Shown: piece after piece, positions 40,200-50,450 of the stretch | Layout: every line of letters begins with the position of its first letter | Position numbering within the stretch: the stretch's first letter is position 1 | Source of the DNA: an uncultured delta proteobacterium | Lineage (GTDB): Bacteria > Desulfobacterota > Desulfomonilia > UBA1062 | Length of the DNA: 64,000 nt | Reading direction: 5' to 3' | NCBI GenBank assembly: GCA_963798485.1 | Contig: CAWCTR010000014.1 | Location: 320,001 to 384,000 of the forward strand | Position numbers and translations under genes: made by a program | The notes under the pieces: generated by a model | Seen by the model: the letters and a program-made list of their open reading frames with translations, nothing else | The model's database searches: none | What the model was told of the DNA's origin: nothing

Positions 40200-40460
40200 T
40201 TATGACCTGGTCTTTGCCTTCTGAACCAACTCCAGAAGCTGCATGACCTTCGGTTTGACAGGGGCGGTGATGGATTCCATCTCTTCAGGTGAGAGGATTT
40301 CGTTCAGAAAGGCTGCAATATCTATACGCTCATGCCAGCAATCAAGGATCTTACGGCATGGAAGATCCGATCCGGGCGCCATGCAATAGGTGAAAGAGAC
40401 CAGGTGCCCCAGCATGGCACAACGGATAGTCAACTCGTCATATATGGATCGGCTCACCAT
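40200..40460 (-). CDS. Small Cys/His-containing hypothetical protein; 5' end supplied by the integrated element
   Basis: RCAMLGHLVSFTYC...LPCRKILDCW; spans the attL repeat. Confidence 0.7.
   Translation of the reverse strand: MVSRSIYDELTIRCAMLGHLVSFTYCMAPGSDLPCRKILDCWHERIDIAAFLNEILSPEEMESITAPVKPKVMQLLELVQKAKTRS
40395..40421 (+). repeat. attL core
   Basis: AGAGACCAGGTGCCCCAGCATGGCACA, identical to 52206..52232; contains GTGCC-N7-GGCAC. Confidence 0.9.
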
Positions 40461-40541
40461 CGTAGTTTCCAGGAGTTACAAAATATCACTGTGTAAAGCA
40501 TGGGGTATTTTTGCACTCAAAAGACAATTTTGCAAGGAAAT

Positions 40542-40562
40542 TTACCCCACGGTGTTACCCCA
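40542..40562 (+). repeat. Putative integrase arm-type sites (left)
   Basis: TTACCCCA twice at a 13-bp period; the same arrangement occurs at 52160..52180. Confidence 0.65.
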
Positions 40563-40904
40563 AAATAATCTAAAGAAATCCTATGGCAGTATAGGATTCG
40601 AATTATCGCTTGCTAGCATCAGGCCTCATTTTCAGGGCTGTCCGTGAATGATCCGTGAATATGAGGGATATGAACGAGATCTAAAGGTTTCAAAAGAAGA
40701 TCAACGGTCGATCATCTCAAGATGAAAGTGTTGATTAATCGCAGAGATCAATGGTTTTGCCGAAACTTACCCACTGCCCATTTTTAATGATCTTTGACAT
40801 CAGAGTATATTTCTTTTAATACTATAGTAATTACCATTTTGAAACAGCAGCATGGCATGGAATTGCCCCACCACTCTGGAAAATTAATTGAAAAGAGGCA
40901 TCCT

Positions 40905-42023
40905 ATGGGCCGAAAGAAAATAAAGAGCGTGACGAGAAGGGAGTTCATCGTCAAAAAAGAGGATGCTATAAGAATCCCACTGAATGGGACAAGAGACTAT
41001 AATCTGGATTTACTAAAAGCTCTCTGTATAAGTCTTGTTCTTCTCTGGCATATTCAGCCCATCAGAATTTATACGTCTAGCAAGTCTTTTATAAGTATAT
41101 TATTTCAATTTATATTAAATACCTTTAACTCGCAAATAACACTAACAGCTGTGCCTCTATTTTATATTGTATCAATATATTTATTTTTTACAAATGGTAA
41201 GAAGGGAATGCACTATTTTAAATATAGATTGTTAAGAGTATCCACCATTTTCATATTTTGGACTGTTATTCAGTATATTATTTACTTTGTCACGACAAAG
41301 CATTTTTTGGGATATATTCCAGATATAAGCTGGGTTAACTGGGTTCGAAGCCTTTTGTTAGGTGGTCCTGATTTGATTTTTGTTGGCGGTTCCGTTTTTT
41401 ACTTCCTTTTAAATATGGTTTGGTTGACATGTTTTGCATTCTTCTATGGATGGAAAGGTGAGGTGAGGATTTGGATTACTATCAGTTATATGATGATTGT
41501 TTTTTTCATCATATACTTTGAAATAATGAATATTAGTGGATTCATTATCCCATACTGGAGAATTGATAATTTTATTATTTATGTACCCATCGTCTATTTA
41601 TTATTTCATAAACCAACCTTGATCCAGTTTAAGTATATATTTTTAATATTGTTTATCATTAGTAGTATTCAAGATATATTTATAACTAAATTAAATTTAA
41701 CTAACTTTATGTATGCTCGAATACCAATAGTATTTGGAGCAATATCAATTTATAGTTTCATACGTAAGAATAAATTCAGTAAAAATAAATTCGTGATGTT
41801 CTTATCAAAATATTCACTTGGTATTTTTGCAACTCACAAGTTTTGTTGGCTATATGTTGGCATCATGTTCTCGGGCATCTTCAATATTAATCCTTTCGAT
41901 TTAAAAAACTCGGGTTTTCTGTTAGGCCAATTCTGGCTAATAACAGGTTTTGTTACGATTATGCTTACTATGCTATCTACATATCTTCTGGGGATGACAC
42001 CCTTGAGAAGGTTCATATCATGA
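40905..42023 (+). CDS. Acyltransferase family 3 (OafA/Oac-like) membrane O-acyltransferase
   Basis: RDYNLDLLKALCISLVLLWH, AVPLFY.VS, YRLLRV and KYSLGIFATH; ~10 TM segments; very AT-rich. Confidence 0.8.
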   Translation: MGRKKIKSVTRREFIVKKEDAIRIPLNGTRDYNLDLLKALCISLVLLWHIQPIRIYTSSKSFISILFQFILNTFNSQITLTAVPLFYIVSIYLFFTNGKKGMHYFKYRLLRVSTIFIFWTVIQYIIYFVTTKHFLGYIPDISWVNWVRSLLLGGPDLIFVGGSVFYFLLNMVWLTCFAFFYGWKGEVRIWITISYMMIVFFIIYFEIMNISGFIIPYWRIDNFIIYVPIVYLLFHKPTLIQFKYIFLILFIISSIQDIFITKLNLTNFMYARIPIVFGAISIYSFIRKNKFSKNKFVMFLSKYSLGIFATHKFCWLYVGIMFSGIFNINPFDLKNSGFLLGQFWLITGFVTIMLTMLSTYLLGMTPLRRFIS

Positions 42024-42113
42024 TAATATAATGAAGATTGTATCGAAGTATATCTTGGTTAACTGGGATTGTGTATGAATTATATGTAAGAATAGATAAT
42101 ATACTTATAGGAG

Positions 42114-44159
42114 TTGATGCTATTGGCTCGTGTAAAAGGTTCAGCACAAAGAAAAATGGCTGTTGCAAAATCAAAGCAGGCTGTTTCAGGTGATGTCTCA
42201 GATTACAGGCTGAAATTCCTTAGAAAACATTCTGTTACCATTATCTGCGTGTTCTTAACTGTTGCCCTTTGCTCTGTATATTTGCAGGTTAAAGACTACC
42301 AGTTCATAAACCTTGATGATGGCAAATATATTACAGAGAACAGGCATGTTCTTTCCGGATTGAACCTGGAAAATATCAAATGGGCATTCATCAGTGTATA
42401 CGCAGGCAACTGGCATCCTCTCACATGGATATCACATATGATGGATATGGATATATTTGGGATGAAGCCAGGTATGCATCACCTTACTAACGTATTATTC
42501 CATGTGTTGAACTCTATACTACTCTTCATAGTTCTTAACCAGATGACAGGGACATTATGGAGGAGCGCTGCGGTGGCAGCTCTTTTTGCCCTTCACCCTC
42601 TGCATGTGGAGTCGGTTGCCTGGATCGCAGAACGCAAGGATGTACTAAGTACCTTTTTCTGGATGCTCACCATGCTAGCCTATCACAGATACGTAGTAAG
42701 CCGCACAATTTCGAAATATCTCTTCATGATCCTGTTCTTTAGCCTGGGACTTATGGCTAAACCCATGCTGGTAACACTCCCCTTTGTACTGCTGTTACTG
42801 GACTTCTGGCCACTGAAAAGAGAAGAGCTTACCCTTACTAATAATGTTCCCCAGAATGCACTCTCGTGGTGGTCGAATATAAAGCCAAGAGGTATTCTCC
42901 GGTTGATTCTGGAAAAGGTTCCACTCCTGATTATGGCCTTAGCTGCCAGTGGGGCAACTTTCTATGCACAGTCAGTGGAAGGAGCAGTAAACTCTCTGGA
43001 ACAAATGAACTTTGCATTGAGGGTTCAAAATGCAATCATCTCCTATGTTGCATATCTCTGGAAGATGGTCTGGCCACTCGACCTTTCAGTGTTCTACCCA
43101 TATCCAGAACAATTCAGCATATTGGCGGTTGTTATGTGCCTTTTGTTACTCATTGTTATCACCTTGATTGTTGTGATGTCTGCGAGGAGCTTACCTTACC
43201 TTGTAACTGGCTGGTTCTGGTACCTTGGAACTCTAGTGCCGGTAATAGGGATCATTAAGGTGGGCGCTCAGTCCATGGCTGACCGGTACACATATATACC
43301 ACTAATAGGGATATTTGTCATGATTGCCTGGGGTATACACGAATTGCTCGACAAATGGCAATTCAAGAAGATAGTTCTTGCTACATTAACAGGGTTAGTC
43401 ATTCCAATTCTTATAGTATGTTCCTGGATACAAGTAGGATATTGGAAGAATAGTATTACACTTTTTGAGCATACCACCGAGGTAACAGCAAATAATTCTA
43501 GGGCTCACCTTAATCTAGCAGGGGCCTTAATAGATAAAGGTGATTTTGACAGCGCTATAATACATTGCAATGAAGCTTTAAGGATTAATCCTCATGATTA
43601 TGTAGCGCATGGTACCCTAGCAAAAGCCCTGTTAGATAAAGGTGATCTTGAAAGCGCTATGATACATTGCAATGAAGCTTTAAGGGAAAATTCTAATGAC
43701 GCATATAGTTATAATATTATGGGTTTAATTTTAAAAAGAAAAGGTGATATATCAAAAGCGATCACTAATTATTCTAAGGCTATACAGATAAACCCAACCT
43801 ACGTTGATGCTTACAATAATCTGGGTGTAGCCATGATTGACCAGGGGAAAAATGGAGAGGCGCTCAAACAATTCTCAGAGATACTTGAGATAGCACCAGG
43901 ATATCTTCTTGCATATATTCACATGGGCGTGTGTTTAAATAATCTGGGCAGAGTAAATGAAGCTATTCAATCGTATCAGAAAGCGATCCAGATTAAAGCT
44001 GACTCCTTAGAAGCTCATTACGATCTCGCTATCGCCCTCCTGTCACAAGGGAAAAAAGATGAAGCGATTGATCAATTCAAGTTGGTGTTGAGTATAGACC
44101 CAGGGAATATACAGACCCAGAAAATTTTATCCCTGTTATTATCAAGCAGGAATAAATAA
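42114..44159 (+). CDS. TMTC-like GT-C glycosyltransferase with TPRs (element-borne)
   Basis: FINLDD, NWHPLTW, VESVAWIAERKD and MADRYTY motifs with TPRs; lacks the DPDL end domain. Confidence 0.85.
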   Translation: MMLLARVKGSAQRKMAVAKSKQAVSGDVSDYRLKFLRKHSVTIICVFLTVALCSVYLQVKDYQFINLDDGKYITENRHVLSGLNLENIKWAFISVYAGNWHPLTWISHMMDMDIFGMKPGMHHLTNVLFHVLNSILLFIVLNQMTGTLWRSAAVAALFALHPLHVESVAWIAERKDVLSTFFWMLTMLAYHRYVVSRTISKYLFMILFFSLGLMAKPMLVTLPFVLLLLDFWPLKREELTLTNNVPQNALSWWSNIKPRGILRLILEKVPLLIMALAASGATFYAQSVEGAVNSLEQMNFALRVQNAIISYVAYLWKMVWPLDLSVFYPYPEQFSILAVVMCLLLLIVITLIVVMSARSLPYLVTGWFWYLGTLVPVIGIIKVGAQSMADRYTYIPLIGIFVMIAWGIHELLDKWQFKKIVLATLTGLVIPILIVCSWIQVGYWKNSITLFEHTTEVTANNSRAHLNLAGALIDKGDFDSAIIHCNEALRINPHDYVAHGTLAKALLDKGDLESAMIHCNEALRENSNDAYSYNIMGLILKRKGDISKAITNYSKAIQINPTYVDAYNNLGVAMIDQGKNGEALKQFSEILEIAPGYLLAYIHMGVCLNNLGRVNEAIQSYQKAIQIKADSLEAHYDLAIALLSQGKKDEAIDQFKLVLSIDPGNIQTQKILSLLLSSRNK

Positions 44160-44328
44160 ATCTAAAACCAAGATCTCCCAATTATGAACCTATTATCAAT
44201 TTATGTTCAACCCATTTATGAACAACTTTGCTAAAATTCCCGATGCTTGCTATTGTATCAAAGTATATCTTGGTTAACTGGGATTGTGTATGAATTATAT
44301 GTAAGAATAGATAATATACTTATAGGAG

Positions 44329-46389
44329 TTGATGCTATTGGCTCATGTAAAAGGTTCAGCACAAAGAAAAATGGCTGTTGCAAAATCAAAGCAGGCTGTT
44401 TCAGGTGATGTCTCAGATTACAGGCTGAAATTCCTTAGAAAACATTCTGTTACCATTATCTGCGTGCTCTTAACTGTTGCCCTTTGCTCTGTATATTTGC
44501 AGGTTAAAGACCACCAGTTCATAAACTTTGATGATTTCCGATATGTTACGGAGAATAGCCATGTTCTTTCCGGATTGAACCTGGAAAATATCAAATGGGC
44601 TTTCAGTTTTTCTAATCAGGAAGTCTACTATTGGCATCCCCTTACATGGATCTCGCATATGGCTGATATTCAACTATGGGGAGTTAACTCAGGCAAACAT
44701 CATCTTTCCAATCTTTTCATCCACATTATCAATACATTAATTTTGTTTTTTACATTGAGGAAAATGACGGGGGATCTCTGGAAAAGTGCCTTTGTCGCTG
44801 CGCTCTTTGCTCTTCATCCTATCAATGTAGATACTGTTGCATGGGTTGCAGAGAGAAAAAATCTATTGAGCACATCCTTCTGGTTTCTTGTTATGCTTAC
44901 TTACTGTCTCTATGTAAAGCGGCCTTCACTTTTCCGGTACATGTTTGTAGCTATCAGTTTCATCATGGGTCTTCTTGCCAAACCCATGCTTGTCACATTA
45001 CCCTTTGTATTGCTTTTATTAGACTATTGGCCACTCAAACGTATTTCAATTCCTACAGGGTATTCAGAAGGATCTACTTGTGTTCATGATTATCCCTTGC
45101 AAAAGCTTATTAACATATTAAAATCAAGAGTATTTTATGAAAAAATTCCTTTAATCCTCATCGCCTTCATATCAATCCATATTTCTACGTTGTCGCTAAA
45201 AATAGATAGAAATATCATCTCAACTAAACAAGTCCCAATGGATCTCAGGATTAGTAATGCTTTGGTCTCATATATTAAATATATCCAAAAAATTGTTTGG
45301 CCACATGACCTGGCTATATATTATCCTTTTCCTGCAAGCATCCCAACCTGGCAAATCGCAGGTTCGGTTATCATAATAGTATCCATCAGTGTAGCTGTTC
45401 TAAGAGCTTACAGAAGTCATCCTTTTCTTTTTGTGGGTTGGTCATGGTATCTCGGTACCCTTGTTCCGGTAAGTGGATTATATCAAGCAGGGCTATGGCC
45501 TGCTATGGCTGACCGATGGGCCTATATACCTTCGATAGGGATATTCATCATTATTGCCTGGGGTCTACCTGAATTGCTCGATAAATGGCAATTCAAGAAG
45601 ATAGCTCTTGCTACCCTAACAGGGATAGTCATTCCAATTCTTATAGTGTGTTCATGGATGCAAGTAGGCTATTGGAAGAATACTATTACACTCTTTGAGC
45701 ATGCCACCAAAGTAACAGAAAATAATGCTTTGGCTAACACTGATCTAGGAGCGGCCTTAATGGATAAAGGTGATCTTGACAGCGCTATAATACATTTCAA
45801 TGAAGCATTAAGGATAAAGCCTCATGATTATCTAGCACGTATTGACCTAGCAAAAGCCCTGTTAGATAAAGGTGATCTTGACAGCGCTATGATACATTGC
45901 AATGAAGCAATAAAGGATAATCCAAATTACGCATATAATTATAATGTTATGGGTCTAATTTTAAAAAGAAAAGGTGAGATGTTAAAAGCAGTCTACTATT
46001 ATTCTAAGGCTATACAATTAGAATCTAATTATTTTAATGCGTACAATAATCTTGGTGTTGCTTATGTAGATCTGCATAGATTTAATGATGCAATCAGACA
46101 GTTCTCCAAGGTCATCGAACTAGATCCTAAAAATGATGTTGCATTTGTACACTTGGGGGTTTGTTTAATTTATCAGGGCAGACTAAATGAAGCCATACAG
46201 CAATTTCACAAAGCACTTCAAATTAATCCCAATTCCTTAGAAGCACACTATAATCTCGGAATTGCTCTCATGTCACAAGGGAAGAAAGATGAAGCGATTG
46301 ATCAATTTAAGTTGGTATTGATTATAGACCCAGGGAATATACAGGCCCAGAAGATTTTATCCATGTTATTGTCAAGCAGGAATAAATAA
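44329..46389 (+). CDS. TMTC-like GT-C glycosyltransferase with TPRs (element-borne, second subtype)
   Basis: FINFDD, YWHPLTW, VDTVAWVAERKN and GLWPAMADRWAY motifs with TPRs. Confidence 0.85.
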   Translation: MMLLAHVKGSAQRKMAVAKSKQAVSGDVSDYRLKFLRKHSVTIICVLLTVALCSVYLQVKDHQFINFDDFRYVTENSHVLSGLNLENIKWAFSFSNQEVYYWHPLTWISHMADIQLWGVNSGKHHLSNLFIHIINTLILFFTLRKMTGDLWKSAFVAALFALHPINVDTVAWVAERKNLLSTSFWFLVMLTYCLYVKRPSLFRYMFVAISFIMGLLAKPMLVTLPFVLLLLDYWPLKRISIPTGYSEGSTCVHDYPLQKLINILKSRVFYEKIPLILIAFISIHISTLSLKIDRNIISTKQVPMDLRISNALVSYIKYIQKIVWPHDLAIYYPFPASIPTWQIAGSVIIIVSISVAVLRAYRSHPFLFVGWSWYLGTLVPVSGLYQAGLWPAMADRWAYIPSIGIFIIIAWGLPELLDKWQFKKIALATLTGIVIPILIVCSWMQVGYWKNTITLFEHATKVTENNALANTDLGAALMDKGDLDSAIIHFNEALRIKPHDYLARIDLAKALLDKGDLDSAMIHCNEAIKDNPNYAYNYNVMGLILKRKGEMLKAVYYYSKAIQLESNYFNAYNNLGVAYVDLHRFNDAIRQFSKVIELDPKNDVAFVHLGVCLIYQGRLNEAIQQFHKALQINPNSLEAHYNLGIALMSQGKKDEAIDQFKLVLIIDPGNIQAQKILSMLLSSRNK

Positions 46390-47182
46390 GTCTAAAACCA
46401 AGATCTACCAATTATGAAACAATCCTTAATTTTTGAGCTCATTTCGTATACTTATAGTAGCCCAAAACCTATTAAAAATACCTTATAAAAAGTGAAGCTT
46501 TCGTGTCAAGTGCAACGCTCTGGTATGAAGTGATAAGCTTCGTTTGTTTCAAACCAAGATCATCGGTTTTAGGGCATTTCGAAGGCGCCAATTTATTGCA
46601 GAGATCAACGTAAATTAATATTGACACAGGTTACTATATATAGTATGGACCTTTCAGATATGCACTAAATGTGACTTACAAAACAATAAGATCAGATTAA
46701 AAATGAGTGAGCAAATAAAAAGAGCTAAATAAATTGATGAATGCCAACAGGCAAAAAATAATATAAAAGCTCGCTAATAATAAGCTCACAAACAAAACTT
46801 CACTGATCGCCAAATAATTCAATAACTCAATTCAAAAAGCATATCCCATAACTTAAAGACGGCCCACGTCTTTGCTAGGCACAATTCCTAGCCTCTAAAA
46901 TACCTGAGAGTGCTTTAAGGCATTAGAGAAGTTACAACTTCCCTTCAGTGTGTCTAAGGCCCTCTCTGATCAAAAGGATAGGGATATGACACTTAAATTA
47001 CTTTTCCAGAATACTGAACAGCCCTTGAATGAAGATGAAGGGGTGCACAGCCCTGAGCGAAGCCCGGGGCAAGTAGGGGAGTCCGAGAATGGGCCCGTAA
47101 GGAGCTCGTCGGAGGACTTCCCTACTTGCCCCTCCACCCCCGAGCGAAAAGCGACCCAGTGGGGGGAGCGTATGAGCGAGAG

Positions 47183-47210
47183 GGGGGGGCAAATGACTAA
47201 CAGCCCCCCC
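47183..47210 (+). other. Putative dso/oriT nick hairpin
   Basis: GGGGGGGC-AAATGACTAACA-GCCCCCCC. A CTAACA loop on a G/C stem resembles ICEBs1/pT181-type Rep_trans nick sites, and it lies in the rep 5' region. Confidence 0.6.
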
Positions 47211-47820
47211 GATAACGTGAAAATAGAAGATTATAAAATCCTGTCTTCAGGTATTGATACTCTTTATTTAGCAATCTATGTTGATTGGTTAATCAATATA
47301 TTCGATTACTTAGATCAATTAAAAGAGAAGGCAAAGAATTCCGACCATGAAGTAGAAGGAATATTCAAACTAGAAGACGGTTCAAAGGAATGGAAATTCA
47401 ATATCAAGCCCTTTGGAAGCAAAGGTTACTCATGGATCTTAACTTCAAATGATTATGCTCTTAAAATAGGTGACTGGTCAGAGGTACGTTCAAGACCTAG
47501 CATAATGGTCGAGATAAGGTCAGAGACACTTTTAAGAATGGGTCCTGAAAATGCTGTTCTTTGGATATTAGAGCTCATTTCAGGAATCGGAACAAAAATA
47601 ATATCCGTCAAACCAAGCCGTGTTGATTTCTATGTGGACATGCTTGTCCCAGCAGAAATGTTTTCAGATGAAATAATGGATTATGCAGTCACCAAGGCAA
47701 GAGAATATGACATCCATAAAAAAAGTTGCACATTCACGGGGGTTACCATAGGCAGGGGTAAGATTATTGCCAGAATTTATGATAAGGGTCTTGAAGTACT
47801 AACCAAATCTAAAAAATTAT

Positions 47821-49131
47821 GGTTCATCCCACTAAAGCGTACCTGGACTCATGCAGGGCATAGATTTTGAGTTTGAAGAATTCCCTATCTCTGAACCCAT
47901 AAGCCTGTTTTTGAAGGGTCTTAATCTTGTTATTTGTGCCCTCCAAGGGACCTGTAGATATGGGGTAATCATAATAAGCGAGGATCCCTCGACGATGCAT
48001 TTGAAGCATTCCTGCGAAACGCACAAGCATCCTGATTCCTGATGAGAAAGCCTTTTCAGTCCAGTCATCGAGGCAACTGGCAGCTTCTTCCTTACTTGGT
48101 TGTTTCCAGATCAACCGGAGATACTCCTTCATGTAGTAGGCCAGGGCGAGGGGCTCGTTGAGTTTCAGGGCTTCTTCCAGGTGCTCCTTTTCTTTGCGTC
48201 TGGAGTCCAGGCGTTCAGAATTCTTCAGCAGGAGCCATCGGGTGCCTCTGAGAACCTTCTTCTGAAGAGGCCCCGTTGCTTCATTATACAGATCTCTTCT
48301 CAAATCAGACAGCTTCTCGTTATACATCTTGATGACATGGAAATGATCAAACACGATCTCAGCATCCGGATGATTCTCAAGCACCGCTGCTATGTATGAT
48401 GGAGACATGTCAATCGCTATGGCTTTAAGTTTCACCTTGTGCCTCTTTATCCTATTCCAGAATGGATCCAGTGCATCTGCTCCTCGTCCATCACCCACAT
48501 GCACAACTGCACCAGTCTTCAGATCAAGTACCACCGTGAGGTACTTATGATGCTTCCCAATCGAGATCTCATCAATGGCTATGAGATCAAGCTTCCTGAT
48601 ATCAGGGCGACGAAACCGCCTCTCAAGATTGCGCTTCTGGATATCCTTCACCAGGCCCCAGCTCACCCCGAGATGTCTGGCAACATCCAGCATGGTCATG
48701 TATCGCGACAACTCCAGAACATACCGCTCGAATGCCCTGGTATACGTCCTCCGTTCATCTGCAAATCCAATGCTTACCTGCCTGAGCGCACCGCATTCCT
48801 CGCATTCCACCCGCTGTACAGGCAGTTCAATCACCACAGGCTTCCGCCCTATTGGCACACACCGGAAACTCCTCAGAAGAGATCCTTTCTTCGTCACTCG
48901 ATCAGAATAACAACAAGGACACATCATCTTACGCCGCTCCTGGCTCAATCTGAACACTATCTTGCCACCAGAATATTCCGTGTGTACATGCTGATACCCA
49001 ATGATTCCAAATCCGTGATACAATACACTCGTGGACATGCCATAACCCCTTCCTGTTTTCTTTCGTCAGATTCAGAAAGGCAGGTATGTCCACTCCTTTC
49101 AACTTAAAAGTACGCTTCCGTGTGAAGAACC
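47821..49131 (-). mobile_element. ISL3-family IS, copy 1 (1311 bp)
   Basis: TIRs GGTTCATCCCACTAAAGCGTAC / GGTTCTTCACACGGAAGCGTAC; 8-bp TSD AAAATTAT. Confidence 0.93.
47824..49038 (-). CDS. ISL3-family transposase
   Basis: Zn finger CPCC...CEEC, IAIDE, IDMS, FDHFHV and EGTNNKIK...AYGFR. Confidence 0.95.
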   Translation of the reverse strand: MSTSVLYHGFGIIGYQHVHTEYSGGKIVFRLSQERRKMMCPCCYSDRVTKKGSLLRSFRCVPIGRKPVVIELPVQRVECEECGALRQVSIGFADERRTYTRAFERYVLELSRYMTMLDVARHLGVSWGLVKDIQKRNLERRFRRPDIRKLDLIAIDEISIGKHHKYLTVVLDLKTGAVVHVGDGRGADALDPFWNRIKRHKVKLKAIAIDMSPSYIAAVLENHPDAEIVFDHFHVIKMYNEKLSDLRRDLYNEATGPLQKKVLRGTRWLLLKNSERLDSRRKEKEHLEEALKLNEPLALAYYMKEYLRLIWKQPSKEEAASCLDDWTEKAFSSGIRMLVRFAGMLQMHRRGILAYYDYPISTGPLEGTNNKIKTLQKQAYGFRDREFFKLKIYALHESRYALVG

Positions 49132-49139
49132 AAAATTAT

Positions 49140-50450
49140 GGTTCATCCCACTAAAGCGTACCTGGACTCATGCAGGGCATAGATTTTGAGTTTGAAGAAT
49201 TCCCTATCTCTGAACCCATAAGCCTGTTTTTGAAGGGTCTTAATCTTGTTATTTGTGCCCTCCAAGGGACCTGTAGATATGGGGTAATCATAATAAGCGA
49301 GGATCCCTCGACGATGCATTTGAAGCATTCCTGCGAAACGCACAAGCATCCTGATTCCTGATGAGAAAGCCTTTTCAGTCCAGTCATCGAGGCAACTGGC
49401 AGCTTCTTCCTTACTTGGTTGTTTCCAGATCAACCGGAGATACTCCTTCATGTAGTAGGCCAGGGCGAGGGGCTCGTTGAGTTTCAGGGCTTCTTCCAGG
49501 TGCTCCTTTTCTTTGCGTCTGGAGTCCAGGCGTTCAGAATTCTTCAGCAGGAGCCATCGGGTGCCTCTGAGAACCTTCTTCTGAAGAGGCCCCGTTGCTT
49601 CATTATACAGATCTCTTCTCAAATCAGACAGCTTCTCGTTATACATCTTGATGACATGGAAATGATCAAACACGATCTCAGCATCCGGATGATTCTCAAG
49701 CACCGCTGCTATGTATGATGGAGACATGTCAATCGCTATGGCTTTAAGTTTCACCTTGTGCCTCTTTATCCTATTCCAGAATGGATCCAGTGCATCTGCT
49801 CCTCGTCCATCACCCACATGCACAACTGCACCAGTCTTCAGATCAAGTACCACCGTGAGGTACTTATGATGCTTCCCAATCGAGATCTCATCAATGGCTA
49901 TGAGATCAAGCTTCCTGATATCAGGGCGACGAAACCGCCTCTCAAGATTGCGCTTCTGGATATCCTTCACCAGGCCCCAGCTCACCCCGAGATGTCTGGC
50001 AACATCCAGCATGGTCATGTATCGCGACAACTCCAGAACATACCGCTCGAATGCCCTGGTATACGTCCTCCGTTCATCTGCAAATCCAATGCTTACCTGC
50101 CTGAGCGCACCGCATTCCTCGCATTCCACCCGCTGTACAGGCAGTTCAATCACCACAGGCTTCCGCCCTATTGGCACACACCGGAAACTCCTCAGAAGAG
50201 ATCCTTTCTTCGTCACTCGATCAGAATAACAACAAGGACACATCATCTTACGCCGCTCCTGGCTCAATCTGAACACTATCTTGCCACCAGAATATTCCGT
50301 GTGTACATGCTGATACCCAATGATTCCAAATCCGTGATACAATACACTCGTGGACATGCCATAACCCCTTCCTGTTTTCTTTCGTCAGATTCAGAAAGGC
50401 AGGTATGTCCACTCCTTTCAACTTAAAAGTACGCTTCCGTGTGAAGAACC
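49140..50450 (-). mobile_element. ISL3-family IS, copy 2 (1311 bp, tandem)
   Basis: Same ends and same transposase as copy 1; flanked by AAAATTAT at 49132 and 50451. Confidence 0.93.
49143..50357 (-). CDS. ISL3-family transposase
   Basis: Protein identical to 47824..49038. Confidence 0.95.
   Translation of the reverse strand: MSTSVLYHGFGIIGYQHVHTEYSGGKIVFRLSQERRKMMCPCCYSDRVTKKGSLLRSFRCVPIGRKPVVIELPVQRVECEECGALRQVSIGFADERRTYTRAFERYVLELSRYMTMLDVARHLGVSWGLVKDIQKRNLERRFRRPDIRKLDLIAIDEISIGKHHKYLTVVLDLKTGAVVHVGDGRGADALDPFWNRIKRHKVKLKAIAIDMSPSYIAAVLENHPDAEIVFDHFHVIKMYNEKLSDLRRDLYNEATGPLQKKVLRGTRWLLLKNSERLDSRRKEKEHLEEALKLNEPLALAYYMKEYLRLIWKQPSKEEAASCLDDWTEKAFSSGIRMLVRFAGMLQMHRRGILAYYDYPISTGPLEGTNNKIKTLQKQAYGFRDREFFKLKIYALHESRYALVG

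Noticed and set aside
40853-40866. TGGCATGGAATTGC as a sigma54 promoter for the acyltransferase
   Set aside because: Spacing is GG-N9-GC, not the required N10.
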